From: Guillardia theta CCMP2712
Taxonomy: Eukaryota; Protista; Cryptophyta
Direction: 5' to 3'
Length of the DNA stretch: 64,000 bases
NCBI RefSeq assembly: GCF_000315625.1
Contig: NW_005434640.1
Location: 380,270 to 444,269 of the forward strand
The notes under the pieces are model-generated. The model was not told where the DNA came from. It worked only from the letters and a program-made list of their open reading frames with translations, and ran no database searches. A program made the translations under genes and the position numbers. This document shows positions 11,130 to 21,674 of the stretch, one piece after another. Position 1 is the stretch's first letter, and each line of letters starts with the position of its first letter.

Positions 11130-13445
11130 ATGAAGAAGTTGAAAGTCACCAAGATTCCTTCACGCAAGGAGCTCTCGGCCGCGTCTGCCCGGCAAGCTGC
11201 CCATCATGCGAGCGAAGATGTCTTCTTGAGAGAGTGCTGGCAACGAAACTTGGAGCGTGATGGCATTCGCTTCATCCCCGAACGAAATTTTCGTCAGCCC
11301 ATCCCCTACATCTCTATCTCTGCATCTTTCGAGGATGTTGACCCCCCAGCTACAAGCTTCCAGGACCTCACCCCCATGATCACTAGAGTCGATTCCCCAG
11401 GGTCTTACCTCAACCAGACTCTGCACCAGCTCACGTATGGGAGCGGGAGGAACGAGACATTCTCTGCGATCAACGTGCTCATATCGCTAGTGGAGGGGGA
11501 CAACGACAGGGCGAGGGCTGCCCGCAGGCAGGTAGCCAAGACACCTGCGGTCCTCGACGGAATCTTCAGGTTTGCAAAGATCTGCGATCAGGAGCAGAAG
11601 ACGCAGGTGTACAAGTGCCTGAGCCAACTCGCGCTGTACAACGAGAAGGTCAGCCTGCACATCTTGTCCGACACTCACGGGATTGCGGGCATCATCAAGG
11701 CCGCGGTGAGTTCGCCCATGGCAGCGCAGGTGGAAATCGCCCGGCTGTTCAATAACCTTTGCGCGTATGAGAGCACAGCTGAGGTGATCGAGAAGAATCA
11801 GAGCTTTCTAGAGGTGATCAAGAGGTTCTGCTCTTCCCCCTCCTTCCTCGTCCGGTTCCGCGCCCTGTCCTCCGTCAACGCCCTCTCACGGTTCCGTTGC
11901 GCCCGCTCAACACTGCAGAGGACAAGGTTTCTGGAGGAGGCGGTGCTGGTGATGAATCTCGAAGGAGGAAGCAGCGATCAGAGAGCCATCTTCGAATTCA
12001 TCCAGGCTTGCGCTACCCTGAACCTCCTGCCCTTGCAGGATAGGAAGGGCTTCAAGGTTGAGAAGAACACCCTGGCGACAAGCCTCAGGTTGCTGAGCTA
12101 CTCTCTTGCCCAGCGGCCGTTCTCAGGTATCACCTTCCGTACGATACATCTCTTTCAAGCCATCAACAACTTTCTGAGCAATGAGGAGAACAAAATCCTT
12201 CTGTTCCGGATGGGGCTCGTGGAAAACCTGGTGGAGTACACGAGAGCATGGAGCGAGGACCCGTCTCAGTCACTCAACGATCAGCTTGAGGTGCTCGAGC
12301 TCGCGTTCCAGATGATCCTGACCATGTCAAGTCTGCACGCCTGCAAGCTTCTGCTGCGCAGACAAAACTTCGGCACCCAGATCGTGAGGTTTCTGACCTC
12401 GAAGCCCAGCGACATCGTACTGCAGTACTGCAAGGGGCTGATTGAAGAGCTCAAGTACATGGAGAACGTACAGGACTTCCTCGTCCGGCCCAAGACCAGC
12501 ATGTCGTCGCACTCGACGATGGGGGCGAGCCGGACGATTCCAAGAAACACTTCCGGGCAGAGGCTTCGCACGGTACCGATTGTGTCCACGTCGTTAAGGA
12601 GGGAAGCGTCTCTGAGTCCCTCGGTGAGGAGGAAGGGACAGTTCTCCCCGCTCAAAGTTGAGCCGTTCAAACGAGCACTCCGGATATCCTTGGTTGAGCA
12701 GGCGGTCAGGCGGTGGAAGGCGATCCTGGCGGGACTGCAGGAAGAGTGCTTCAAGAACAAGAGAGAGGTCCCTTCCGATGCCGTGTACCAACTCTTCACC
12801 TCCAACGACGTCCTCCCGAATGATCACGACTGGGAGCTCTTCCTGGAGGGAGTAGGAGCTGACCCTGTCAGGGGGTGCTCGCCAGCAGCTCTCCTACGCG
12901 CGTTCTGCACTGCGCTGGGTCAACCGCAGACGGGGCAGGGGAGCGACATGCTCGTCGATCAGGAGGAGGAAGTGCTGCAGGTCATTCTCCTCAAGGACCT
13001 GTCGAGGTTCGAGAAGAAGATCCAGGAGGGATGCCATTGGGTAGAGGAGGAGGACGTCACCGTCTCGGCCCTGGCGGACCGGCTGAGGGAGCTGGGGTGG
13101 GAGCTCAATGAGGTTGGCAGGGAGAGCGTCAGGATGGCGTGCAGCTCCGCTCACAGCAACTTGGTGGACGTGAGGATGTTCCGTGAGACTCTGCATGAGA
13201 TCGCTGCCGGGTTGAGGTCGATGCCAGCGTACGAGGCCATGGAGGAGATTGGCTACGAGACGAGTCTGCACAAGTGGATGAAGCAGAACCTGCCTCCTCC
13301 TCGCAAGAAATCCCTCGCCCTGCAGACCAGGAGGGCCCAGAGCGACGGAGGGAGCCGTCTCCTTGCCAGCTTTTCAGCTTCTCTTGTCAACAGCACGGGC
13401 AACTTCACCAACTTGCCCTCGACGACATCCGATGTGTCCTTCTGA
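11130..13445 (+). CDS. Armadillo-type helical repeat protein with degenerate C-terminal EF-hand-like region (intronless, ~771 aa)
   Basis: Long uninterrupted ORF with first ATG at 11130. ARM-like segments: KCLSQLALYNE, ARLFNNLCAYE, ALSSVNALSR, NKILLFRMGLVENLV. C-terminal helix-loop pairs VTVSALADRLRELG...LVDVRMFRETL. Confidence 0.6.
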   Translation: MKKLKVTKIPSRKELSAASARQAAHHASEDVFLRECWQRNLERDGIRFIPERNFRQPIPYISISASFEDVDPPATSFQDLTPMITRVDSPGSYLNQTLHQLTYGSGRNETFSAINVLISLVEGDNDRARAARRQVAKTPAVLDGIFRFAKICDQEQKTQVYKCLSQLALYNEKVSLHILSDTHGIAGIIKAAVSSPMAAQVEIARLFNNLCAYESTAEVIEKNQSFLEVIKRFCSSPSFLVRFRALSSVNALSRFRCARSTLQRTRFLEEAVLVMNLEGGSSDQRAIFEFIQACATLNLLPLQDRKGFKVEKNTLATSLRLLSYSLAQRPFSGITFRTIHLFQAINNFLSNEENKILLFRMGLVENLVEYTRAWSEDPSQSLNDQLEVLELAFQMILTMSSLHACKLLLRRQNFGTQIVRFLTSKPSDIVLQYCKGLIEELKYMENVQDFLVRPKTSMSSHSTMGASRTIPRNTSGQRLRTVPIVSTSLRREASLSPSVRRKGQFSPLKVEPFKRALRISLVEQAVRRWKAILAGLQEECFKNKREVPSDAVYQLFTSNDVLPNDHDWELFLEGVGADPVRGCSPAALLRAFCTALGQPQTGQGSDMLVDQEEEVLQVILLKDLSRFEKKIQEGCHWVEEEDVTVSALADRLRELGWELNEVGRESVRMACSSAHSNLVDVRMFRETLHEIAAGLRSMPAYEAMEEIGYETSLHKWMKQNLPPPRKKSLALQTRRAQSDGGSRLLASFSASLVNSTGNFTNLPSTTSDVSF

Positions 13446-13781
13446 CGACACCAACTTGATGTAACCAGCTGGGTTGTAATTACATGTAGTCTACCTTGCC
13501 TCGCCTGCTCCTCGTCCTTCCCTCTGTTGAGCTACGAAAATCCGGCAGCAGCACTGGACTCCTGGTGAAACGTCTCGGAGAGCTGCTGGTCCCCGACAAC
13601 AGGTGCTCACGGAGGAGGTTCAGTCCAGCAGGCTACATCTTTCTTTCTCAGCTCGCCGTCTGACCCTCCGACTCGCAAACTACCGGCCGGGCACGAGGTG
13701 ATCTCGACCCTCGCGTGATTCCCGACGTCAAAGGCTGTTCCCTCCTGTCAAACTCCTCGCAACCGTCAGGCTCTTGTGGCT

Positions 13782-15112
13782 CTACTGCTGCTTCTTCTCC
13801 GACTTGTTCGCGACCCTGTCCTGGATGACTTGAAGTTGGTCCTGCAGCGAGGAGAAGAACTCTTTCTCCCGCAGCTGCCTCAGGGACTGCTCATTGATGC
13901 CACCGGGAGTTTGGCTCCTGTCCGTGAGGGCCTTGAAGTCCGTCTCGTACTTCGAGTCATGCGCCAGGGCAAACAGCAACTCCCCTACGAACTTGTTCGC
14001 CTTCTCCTGCGGCACCCCAGTCGACGTCATCCACTCGGAGATGGTGTGCTGCATGTAGTAGAAGGGCGCCATCAGCGAGGAGACGGACATGAAGGAGAAG
14101 AAGTCTTCCTCTCTGTCCAGGTTGATCACCGTGCTGATCTCGTCGAACAGTTTCTCCAGCTTCTCATCCCTGGGATACATCGGGAGCGGCCCTTGCCCCT
14201 GCGCGATCGGAGGCATCGGGATAGCTCTGACCACCCGCGTGCATGGCGCGACCAGGGGCAGGATGTCGTCGATCCTAGCGGTGGAGATGAAGGAGACGAT
14301 CTTGAGATCCTCTCTGAACTTGAGCTCGCCCAGCACTTGCTTGTAGACCTGAGGGGTGACGCACACGCAGAGGACGTCGCATGAGTCGACCACCTGCTGG
14401 TTGCTGCCACTCACCTCCACCATCTCGGGGTACTTGGCCGCTAGGAGCGAGGAGGTGTTGGCGTTGCGAGGGCTCAGGTAGATTCTCTTGGGGGCCAGGG
14501 AGAAGGAGCACAAGCCCTCCACGACCGCCTTAGCAATGGTCCCAGTCCCCAAGAAGCCGAGCCGAGTAATTGGCTCAACATCGATACTTTCTTCTCCTAC
14601 AGCCTCCCCCACAGAGGCCTGTACCTTGTCGCTGCGACCTGCCTTTCCTACAAGATTGTCCTCTACCAGCTTTTTGAGCACGTCATCCCGCATCTGCCGT
14701 ACTCGTTGCACATTCTCCAGCCTGTCGTCGAACCCTCCCCGAAGCCCCAGGACTCCATTAGCATTGGTCCTTGTAAGCGCCGGTAGGCAGAATGTCTCTG
14801 CGGCTCCTGAGATAGCAAGGTGAGAACAAGGACACTGCTCTCTATTCAACGAGCCTGCTTCATCTCCGGACATCACACTAAGGATCTCAACATGGGAGGA
14901 CAGCCAGAATCATGCAAGATGTTCTAGCAAGTATACAACATGTTCTAGCAAGTATACAACATGTTCTAGCAAATATACAACATGTTAGAGTACGTAAACA
15001 ACATGCTCTAGCAAGTATACAACATGTTCTAGCAAGTATACATTATGTTCTAGCTTCCATGCTCACCGATCATCATTGCTACCAGAATGATTCGCACTGC
15101 CAACACTGCCAT
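13782..15112 (-). CDS. Pyrroline-5-carboxylate reductase-like NAD(P)-dependent oxidoreductase (bacterial proC-paralog type) with N-terminal targeting presequence
   Basis: RLGFLGTGTIAKAVVEGL (Rossmann fold), SPRN, NQQVVDSCD, VRAIPMPP, QTPGGINEQ. Upstream exon 15112-15067 encodes the signal-like MAVLAVRIILVAMMIG with a GTGAGC donor. LGLRGG precedes the mature domain. Confidence 0.8.
14919..15053. repeat. 21-bp AT-rich minisatellite (atgttctagcaagtatacaac) x ~6.5 in intron 1 of the P5CR-like gene
   Basis: Direct reading of tandem copies with few substitutions. Confidence 0.9.
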
Positions 15113-15436
15113 GTTTGGTGAGGCCTCGAAATTCCACATCCCCGCACATACCCATGAGCCACATTCATGACGATGGACAGCAGCTGGATGGACAGCGAAT
15201 GTCGGGTACTGATGTAGATTGCTGCCTTCTCAAAGTCCCCGAGGCGAACTTACATATTTATCTAAAACTATTATAGAATTTAATACTTGGAATAGGATTT
15301 CTAATAATGCTAGGAGATATCTAATAACTTAGTACCGTCAAATCGTCACCGAGCAAGTACCAAAGTGTACAAATCGACGTTCTAAAATATTTATATAAAT
15401 CCATACAAACGTTTTTTTAATTGGCCCTCAGTCGCC

Positions 15437-17405
15437 ATGGCTGCGGCTGCGGCGCTATTCGAGGCAGCTGAGAGGTTCAGCAAGGACGCAAGGGGAGGAG
15501 ACGAGGGAAGGACAGCAAGGATTCCTATCGCAGGTAAGCTCGAGCTCCTCTGGCAGGGCAAAGTCATGCTTTCTTCCTCACCCTCCTCGTCGCTGCAGGC
15601 GGATCGGAGGGCCTGGCAGGAGGCGAGCCGGGGTGGCTGCCTCAGGAGCACTGTGTGGTGGGGAAGGAGATCGAAGCCCAAGACTTTGAGAAGAACTGGT
15701 ATCGAGCATGCATCAAGGCTGTGAACCTGACGACGAGGGAGGTAAGGGGTCTCGCCTGCTGCGGTCGATGATGCTCCTGGAGAGGATTTCCTGACTTGAC
15801 CTTGGTTCGTTGAGCAGGTGAAGGTGCGGTTCGCTGGGTGGTCGAGCCGATGGGACGAGTGGATCAGCATCTCAAGTGGGCGAGTACGGATGATCAAGCA
15901 TCCCGATGCGGAGACCATCTGTCGGGACGGATCCCCTCTGTTCACTCAATGGCTCGAAAGGAAGGCGAGGGCGGCGAAGCTGAGCAAGACCAACAGCAAG
16001 CCGAGGAAGGCAGAGGGAGGAAGGAGGAGAGCTGTGAAGTCCATCCACAAGGCAAACGTCGCCTTGCTCGTCAACCTGATGGATCCATCCTTTGGCAGTG
16101 ACGGTCATGACACTCCTCGCTTCATCCCCTCACTGACCCGTTTCTGACGCATTTCAGGCCGGCAGCATACGCGCATGGCGACTGTGCATGCGACGCTCCT
16201 GGAGTCGCAGTCACCATCCTTGTCGCCGTCAAGTCCGGGAGACAGAACTCTCCTAGCTGAGAACCAAGACTCGCAGATCCCCTCGAGCGAGGGTCCAACC
16301 AGGGTTCGCCGCAAGGCATCAGATGAAGAGCTGATGACCCCTGCAAAGCGCTCCCCTGCCCTCGTTGACACTCGTGAAGATGCAGAGAGGAAGGGCAGCG
16401 AGCCTGAGGACAGACCTGCTGTCATGCGGCAGCTTGTTGCGAGCAGTCCTGCAACCACCACGAGGCCGACAGAGGTGGGAAGCGGGGAGGTAGTAGAGTG
16501 AGTATCCGGAGGACAAGGAGTGACTGGCTGTCCTCATGCAGGAATGTTGCTCTCCTCCTCTCAACTCGATTCGCAGTCGTGCGATGGCTCGTCTGTTGGA
16601 TCTGAAGCAGTCAAGTCACGCTGTGAGCATGGAGGAAGGAAGACCGAGTAGGAGGCGACGGACAGCAGCTCCAGACCGCCCGAGCGCGGTGAAGGAGGAG
16701 GGAGGGAGGAAGGGTTCGCTATCCCATCTCCCGTCGTCCTCGAGGCAGACGAGCGACTTGAGAGGAAGAGACTTGATAGGAGCGAGAGTCCGGAAGCACT
16801 TCAGGAGGTACGGGGTGTACGGGGGGCGCGTGGTGAAGCTAGACCGGTGGTATACCATCCTCTACGAGGACGGGGACGTCGAAGACTTCACCCTGAACGA
16901 GGTCCTCGTGCACCTGGTCGACGCCTCCTGCTCCCTCGGGATGAATCTGCTGGAGCAGGGGCAAGGGGAGGTGAAAGCTGAGCTGCCTGCCGACTTGAGG
17001 CCAGAAGGTGTGCTGGCGGAGGAGGGGATCGTTCCCTTCCTGTGGAGCGCTGTGAAGTCTGGGGTCTCCTGCAAGCAGTCGGTGATGGAGAGGAGGGGAG
17101 AGCAGGACATGCTCGACGTCATCGAGCGTCGGCTCTTCTCCCTTGTCCCCTGCCTTGACAAGTCGCAGCTGCTCATGAGCACTTGGGCGCTTGCGGCCAT
17201 GAACTTCGAGGGCAAAGAGCCGCTGCTGACGCTGATCGAGGACAGGGTAAGGATCCTCTTGGAAGGATCGACGGAGGAGGAGAGGAACATGCTGCTGTGG
17301 TCGTTCCGGCAGCTGGCCAAGGGGGACAAGGCTCGTCGGGGGGAGGAGGAGGAGCGCGAGGAGGACAAGCGGCGACAAAACCCAAACTGGCGGCGATATA
17401 GATGA
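15437..17405 (+). CDS. Chromatin-reader-like protein: Tudor/chromo-barrel domain + PTM/DIR17-type Tudor domain + C-terminal helical repeats (multi-exon)
   Basis: VGKEIEAQDFEKNWYRACIKAVNLTTRE|VKVRFAGWSSRWDEWISISSGRVR; LIGARVRKHFRRYGVYGGRVVKLDRWYTILYEDGDVEDF; C-terminal LWSAVK/TWALAAM/LWSFRQL repeats. Confidence 0.7.
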
Positions 17406-17654
17406 CCTTGACATTCATTGATTCGAAGGAAAACCTCTTCCTCTCTTTGATTCTCTTAGTCTCAATATCCTGTCCCCTCCCACCCTCCCTCGCTCTTCTC
17501 ACCCCGCGCAGCCCTCCTTTCCCTGGGCCCTCTCCTCCCCTTTCTGTTTCAGCAAAGATCCTCTTGCCATCTGTTCGCCTCCCACCTGACCAAGGAACCA
17601 TCCCTCCCCCTCCCAGCGCTCATCCCCCCGCCTTCATCCTCCCTCTGACTCCCT

Positions 17655-20600
17655 TCAGAGCTCTTCGTGCATCTCGACAGGGAACCTCTTGGCGCCGTGC
17701 TCCTCCTTGTGCTCCTTCCCCTCCAGCAGCTGCGCGATCCACTTGAGGAGGAGGCTGAGGGAGAGGGCGAAGAGAAAGAGGATGAAGCAGATAGTCCAGC
17801 CCGTGGCGTCCAGCGGTACCGTCCGGCAGGGAGGTATCCCCAGCTGAACGCAGGAGATCTGGAGGAGGAGGAGGACGAGGCCGGAGCCTAGCAAGCGCTT
17901 GAGCGACACCTGCTTCAGGTCCCCCGTGTGATAGCTGAGCACCGTCCCCAGCAGCGTCCCAAGCTGGAGGAGCATGAAGGCGTTGAAGATGAGGGAGAAG
18001 AGGTAGTTACCGCTCTGTGACTTGCCCTGCCCGTTGGGCATGAGAGGGACGCATGCTCGGCTGCCCTGCTCATCTGCTGTGCAGTCGGTGATCCAGGAGG
18101 CTCCTGTGAAGGAGAGGAGGGAGAGGAGGAGGCACTGGCTGCCCGCCTGCACCAGCAGCCTCCCCTTACACTTCCCCGAGAGTAGCGAGACGTTCCTGCG
18201 GTAGGGAGACCGCGGGGCCTCGTGGGAGCGAAAGTGGTAAGGGAGGCGATCGACGGATGCGACGCAGAGGAGGGAAAGCACGTCGACAACCACCTTCATC
18301 CAGAGCATCTGCTCGGGGAGGAAGATCTCGACCCCACCGAGAGCTGCCAGGAAGCAGGCGAATGGGGCGACGATGTTGAAGTTGGTGCGGTACTCGAGGT
18401 AGGCATGCAGGTTCTGGTGGAACCTCCTTCCCCTGTAGAGGACGGAGGCGACGGAGCTCAGGCTATCGTTGAGGCTGATCAGGTCCGCCTCCTGTCTCAC
18501 CACCTCGTCCCCCTGATGCCTCATCGCGATCGTCACGTCCGCCTGCTCCCGCACCCTCAGGTCTTCAAGGTGCTGGCACGAGGCTCCCACCACCTCCCCG
18601 CGCTCCTGCAGGCACCTCACAAGCTCCGCCTTCTCCTCCGAGCTCGCTCCTGTCATGACGCGCACCGATGGAGCGATCGCCGCTCGCTCCTGATCCGACA
18701 GCCTCCTCCACTCTGCAGCCGTCACGATGCTGCCGTCCTGCAGCAGGGAGCACGTCTCCGCCGCAAGCTTCCCGCCATCCACCTGCTCCCCCGTGAAGAC
18801 GCGGACCTTGACGCCTGCCTCCTCGCAGCTCCTCACCGCCTCCTCGATGCCTGACCGCATCTGACTGCGCAGCCCGAGTAGGCCAACGAAGGTCAAGTCG
18901 GACGAGAGCAAGCAGCTGTGCTCGTCGAGTCCGATAAGCCATGAGTCAAGGTCTATCACCCGGTCGTCGTCGTCGTCCTCCTCCTCCTCCTCCTCCAGAT
19001 CCAGCTCATCTTCCTCCTCCTCCTCCCGCACGATGGGCTTGACAGAGAAGGCTTCAGGAGAGGGGACGTCCCGGTATGCAAGTGCGATGCTGTTGATCGA
19101 CGCGCTGTGCAGGGACAGCATGACGTTCTTCAGCGCTGACCTCTGCTCTTCCTTCAGTACCTCCCTGCTTCCGTCCGGCAGGAGGTAGAATCTACAGCAG
19201 TCCAGCACAATCTCTGCTGCTCCAGAAGCATAGAACCGTCCTGCCCCCTCCTCTTCTCCTCTCAAGAGGACGCATGCTCTCTTGGAAAACGAGCTGAAAG
19301 GCCACACGCGCACGACTCTCCTCCTGCACTCCTTGCGGACGGCATTGCAGTCGCAGCCAAGTTGCTCGAGCGCGAGCTGAACGCCCGTATCAACTGACCC
19401 TGCCGAGGAGCTGGTGCTCCACTGGACTTTGGACAGCGACTCGGCTCGTGAACCCCTGAGGGGAGAGACTCTCGTGTTGAGCACAAAACCCTCGCAGAGC
19501 AGCTGGGATGCGAAGTCGTCCAGGTGCTCCGAGAGCCAGCATCTTCCGTTCAGGTAGCGGGTGGCACTAGAAGGGGCCCCTGCACCGGCACCGGCAGCAG
19601 CAGCACCACCACCAGCCTCTACTCCCGCTGCTGCTTCTGCTCCTCTTCCTGACTCGCCTCCTGTCCCACATCCGCCAGCTTCTTGAACGTCTGGCACAAT
19701 TTCCGACTCGCTGCTCAGCTGTGCCTGCCCAGGATGTTGTCCCTTAGGGAGAAGAGAGTCAAGAGGAGCTGCCGCCTGTTCGAGGACGCAGGACCCATCC
19801 GTGTTCCCTTGTTCTACCACCCCAGGACCCTCCGAGGAAGCCTGAGAACGAGAGGCGAGCGACAGCCTCTGGTGCAGTCTAGACTCTCGATACCCCAGCC
19901 CGCAGATATGAGCCATAACGAGCGTCTTGGGGCCCGAGGTCAGCAGCCCGTTCTTGTCGATGCAGATGCTGGTGATACTCCCCATCACCTCGAGCGACTT
20001 CATGCTGCGGATCAGGATCCTCTCCTTCCTCGACTGCCTGATCGAAGAGGCCAGGAGGGCAGAGAAGATGGCGTTGAGGCCGTGGGGAGCCAGGAGGACG
20101 ACGATGGCTGCCGATGCCATCACCGCCTCCACTAGCAGCCTCAGCTCTGTGGAGGAGAAGTGTAGGATGTGCGGCTCCCAGTCCAGCCCCTCCTCCTTGC
20201 ACTGCGTCGAGTTGTTCAGCCCCGGGTACCCTAGAGCACAGTTCTCCACCGGCCCATCGAAGCAAGAGGGAGAAGCAAGCATGATAAGGAAGTATGCTCC
20301 CCTCAGGAAAAAGATCACGACTGCAACCACTCCCCCCACCCGCGCCATCCTGCTCGCAAGGCCCTCGAGCCGCAGCCTAAGAATCGAGTCCCCGGCCAGC
20401 TGCCTCCCCAGCCCTTGCCCCACCAGGCTCTCCCAGCAGGAGAAGGTCCCCACTGCCGTCACGAGGAAGCGTCCGTGCCCCCCGATCACCGCGCTCCCAG
20501 CTGCAAGGAAGGGCGACTTGATCGGGCACTTGGAGACGCTCTTCCCCTCCTGAGTCTCCTGCGACCTCCTGTGGCTCCCGTCGAACTTCAAGTGGCTCTC

Positions 20601-21674
20601 GTCCACCAACAAGCTGGACGAATCGATCAGAATGCCGTCGGCCGGCACGATGTCGCCCGCATGTACACAGACGATGTCGCCCACGAGGAGGTCTTGGTGC
20701 TTGATCCGCACGTGCTTCTCCTTCTTGATCACCGTCGTCTCTACATCGCGCCTGCTCCAGTCCAGCATGGAGCACAAGCTCTCCTGGCGCCAGCACTCGT
20801 AAGCTGCCTTGAGAAACGCCATGGCTGCACAGCCGAGGAGGACGTTGACCCCCTCGCTCCACGCGTAGCACTGCTGCGCAGAGCCCTTGGCCTTGCTAAG
20901 ACGAGCAGACAGCTCTATCTTGTACGGCCCTGGCATGTAGATCGGGATGCCGAGCGTCCACAGAGGCCGAGCTGGGCACTTCAGGTCGTAGAGGTCGCCG
21001 ACTGCCGGGTCGATGTAGACGAACCTGCACTCGAGCACCCCAAGAGCGAAGCAGATGATCGAGCTTGCCACCAGCACTACCATCGCATCCTCCATAAACA
21101 TGTAGAGGAAGAAGCTCGACAAGCCTGATCCCTCCCCCGGGCGCTGTCGAACCTTGTTGACCCCGTATAGCAGCGCTCTCTTGCCATCGCAGAGGCGGGG
21201 CAGCCCCTTCTCGCTCTTCAGCCAGGACAGGTTTGTGTAGCCGTTCCGCTCGTCCTCCATGAAATCTTTCAGGTTCCTGTCCTCCTCCTTCAACGTGGTT
21301 TCAATGCTCGCAGCGATGCCCTGAACACCGCCCATAACCCGCAGTATCTCAACTTTCCTCATCCTCGAGAGTTCCGCCAGGTCTGTACGCGTTATCCTCC
21401 GTCCATTCCCCGTCAGCCTGTACCTGTCCTCCAATCCGCCACTCGAGAAGTCAAGAGCGTTCAGGTATCCCCCATCATCGTAGTCGTCGATGAATCTCTG
21501 TGCTTCCTCCTCAGTGAAAGAGAGGTCCACAGAGTCTTCAAAGACGTCGAGGTAACCATTCTCCTGCTCCATCGCTCCTCCTCTTCCTCCGCCATCTCGA
21601 GGATCGTACCCATCTCCTCCCTCCTCCTCCTCCTCCTCCTCCATGAGCCGCCTCCTCAAGTCCTCCCTCCACAT
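17655..21674 (-). CDS. P-type ATPase, P2B (PMCA/ACA)-like, with degenerate catalytic motifs (probable pseudo-enzyme); intronless
   Basis: Collinear with Ca-ATPases: GGVQGIA, LLVGDIV...GDIVPADG, EVMGSITSICIDKNGLLT, PFSSFSKR, GVKVRVFTGE, EADL, ~10 TM segments. First ATG ~21674 (the ORF track starts at GTG 21710). Confidence 0.85.
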   Translation of the reverse strand: MWREDLRRRLMEEEEEEEGGDGYDPRDGGGRGGAMEQENGYLDVFEDSVDLSFTEEEAQRFIDDYDDGGYLNALDFSSGGLEDRYRLTGNGRRITRTDLAELSRMRKVEILRVMGGVQGIAASIETTLKEEDRNLKDFMEDERNGYTNLSWLKSEKGLPRLCDGKRALLYGVNKVRQRPGEGSGLSSFFLYMFMEDAMVVLVASSIICFALGVLECRFVYIDPAVGDLYDLKCPARPLWTLGIPIYMPGPYKIELSARLSKAKGSAQQCYAWSEGVNVLLGCAAMAFLKAAYECWRQESLCSMLDWSRRDVETTVIKKEKHVRIKHQDLLVGDIVCVHAGDIVPADGILIDSSSLLVDESHLKFDGSHRRSQETQEGKSVSKCPIKSPFLAAGSAVIGGHGRFLVTAVGTFSCWESLVGQGLGRQLAGDSILRLRLEGLASRMARVGGVVAVVIFFLRGAYFLIMLASPSCFDGPVENCALGYPGLNNSTQCKEEGLDWEPHILHFSSTELRLLVEAVMASAAIVVLLAPHGLNAIFSALLASSIRQSRKERILIRSMKSLEVMGSITSICIDKNGLLTSGPKTLVMAHICGLGYRESRLHQRLSLASRSQASSEGPGVVEQGNTDGSCVLEQAAAPLDSLLPKGQHPGQAQLSSESEIVPDVQEAGGCGTGGESGRGAEAAAGVEAGGGAAAAGAGAGAPSSATRYLNGRCWLSEHLDDFASQLLCEGFVLNTRVSPLRGSRAESLSKVQWSTSSSAGSVDTGVQLALEQLGCDCNAVRKECRRRVVRVWPFSSFSKRACVLLRGEEEGAGRFYASGAAEIVLDCCRFYLLPDGSREVLKEEQRSALKNVMLSLHSASINSIALAYRDVPSPEAFSVKPIVREEEEEDELDLEEEEEEDDDDDRVIDLDSWLIGLDEHSCLLSSDLTFVGLLGLRSQMRSGIEEAVRSCEEAGVKVRVFTGEQVDGGKLAAETCSLLQDGSIVTAAEWRRLSDQERAAIAPSVRVMTGASSEEKAELVRCLQERGEVVGASCQHLEDLRVREQADVTIAMRHQGDEVVRQEADLISLNDSLSSVASVLYRGRRFHQNLHAYLEYRTNFNIVAPFACFLAALGGVEIFLPEQMLWMKVVVDVLSLLCVASVDRLPYHFRSHEAPRSPYRRNVSLLSGKCKGRLLVQAGSQCLLLSLLSFTGASWITDCTADEQGSRACVPLMPNGQGKSQSGNYLFSLIFNAFMLLQLGTLLGTVLSYHTGDLKQVSLKRLLGSGLVLLLLQISCVQLGIPPCRTVPLDATGWTICFILFLFALSLSLLLKWIAQLLEGKEHKEEHGAKRFPVEMHEEL

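Noticed and set aside
14912-15121. ORF with HVLASIQ heptad repeats; also considered as a CRISPR-like array
   Set aside because: It is a head-to-tail minisatellite without spacers, in an intron, with no cas genes and in a eukaryotic context.
17667-21128. Numerous overlapping 100-240 aa ORFs on other frames and strands
   Set aside because: These are shadow ORFs expected in GC-rich coding DNA and show no independent motifs.
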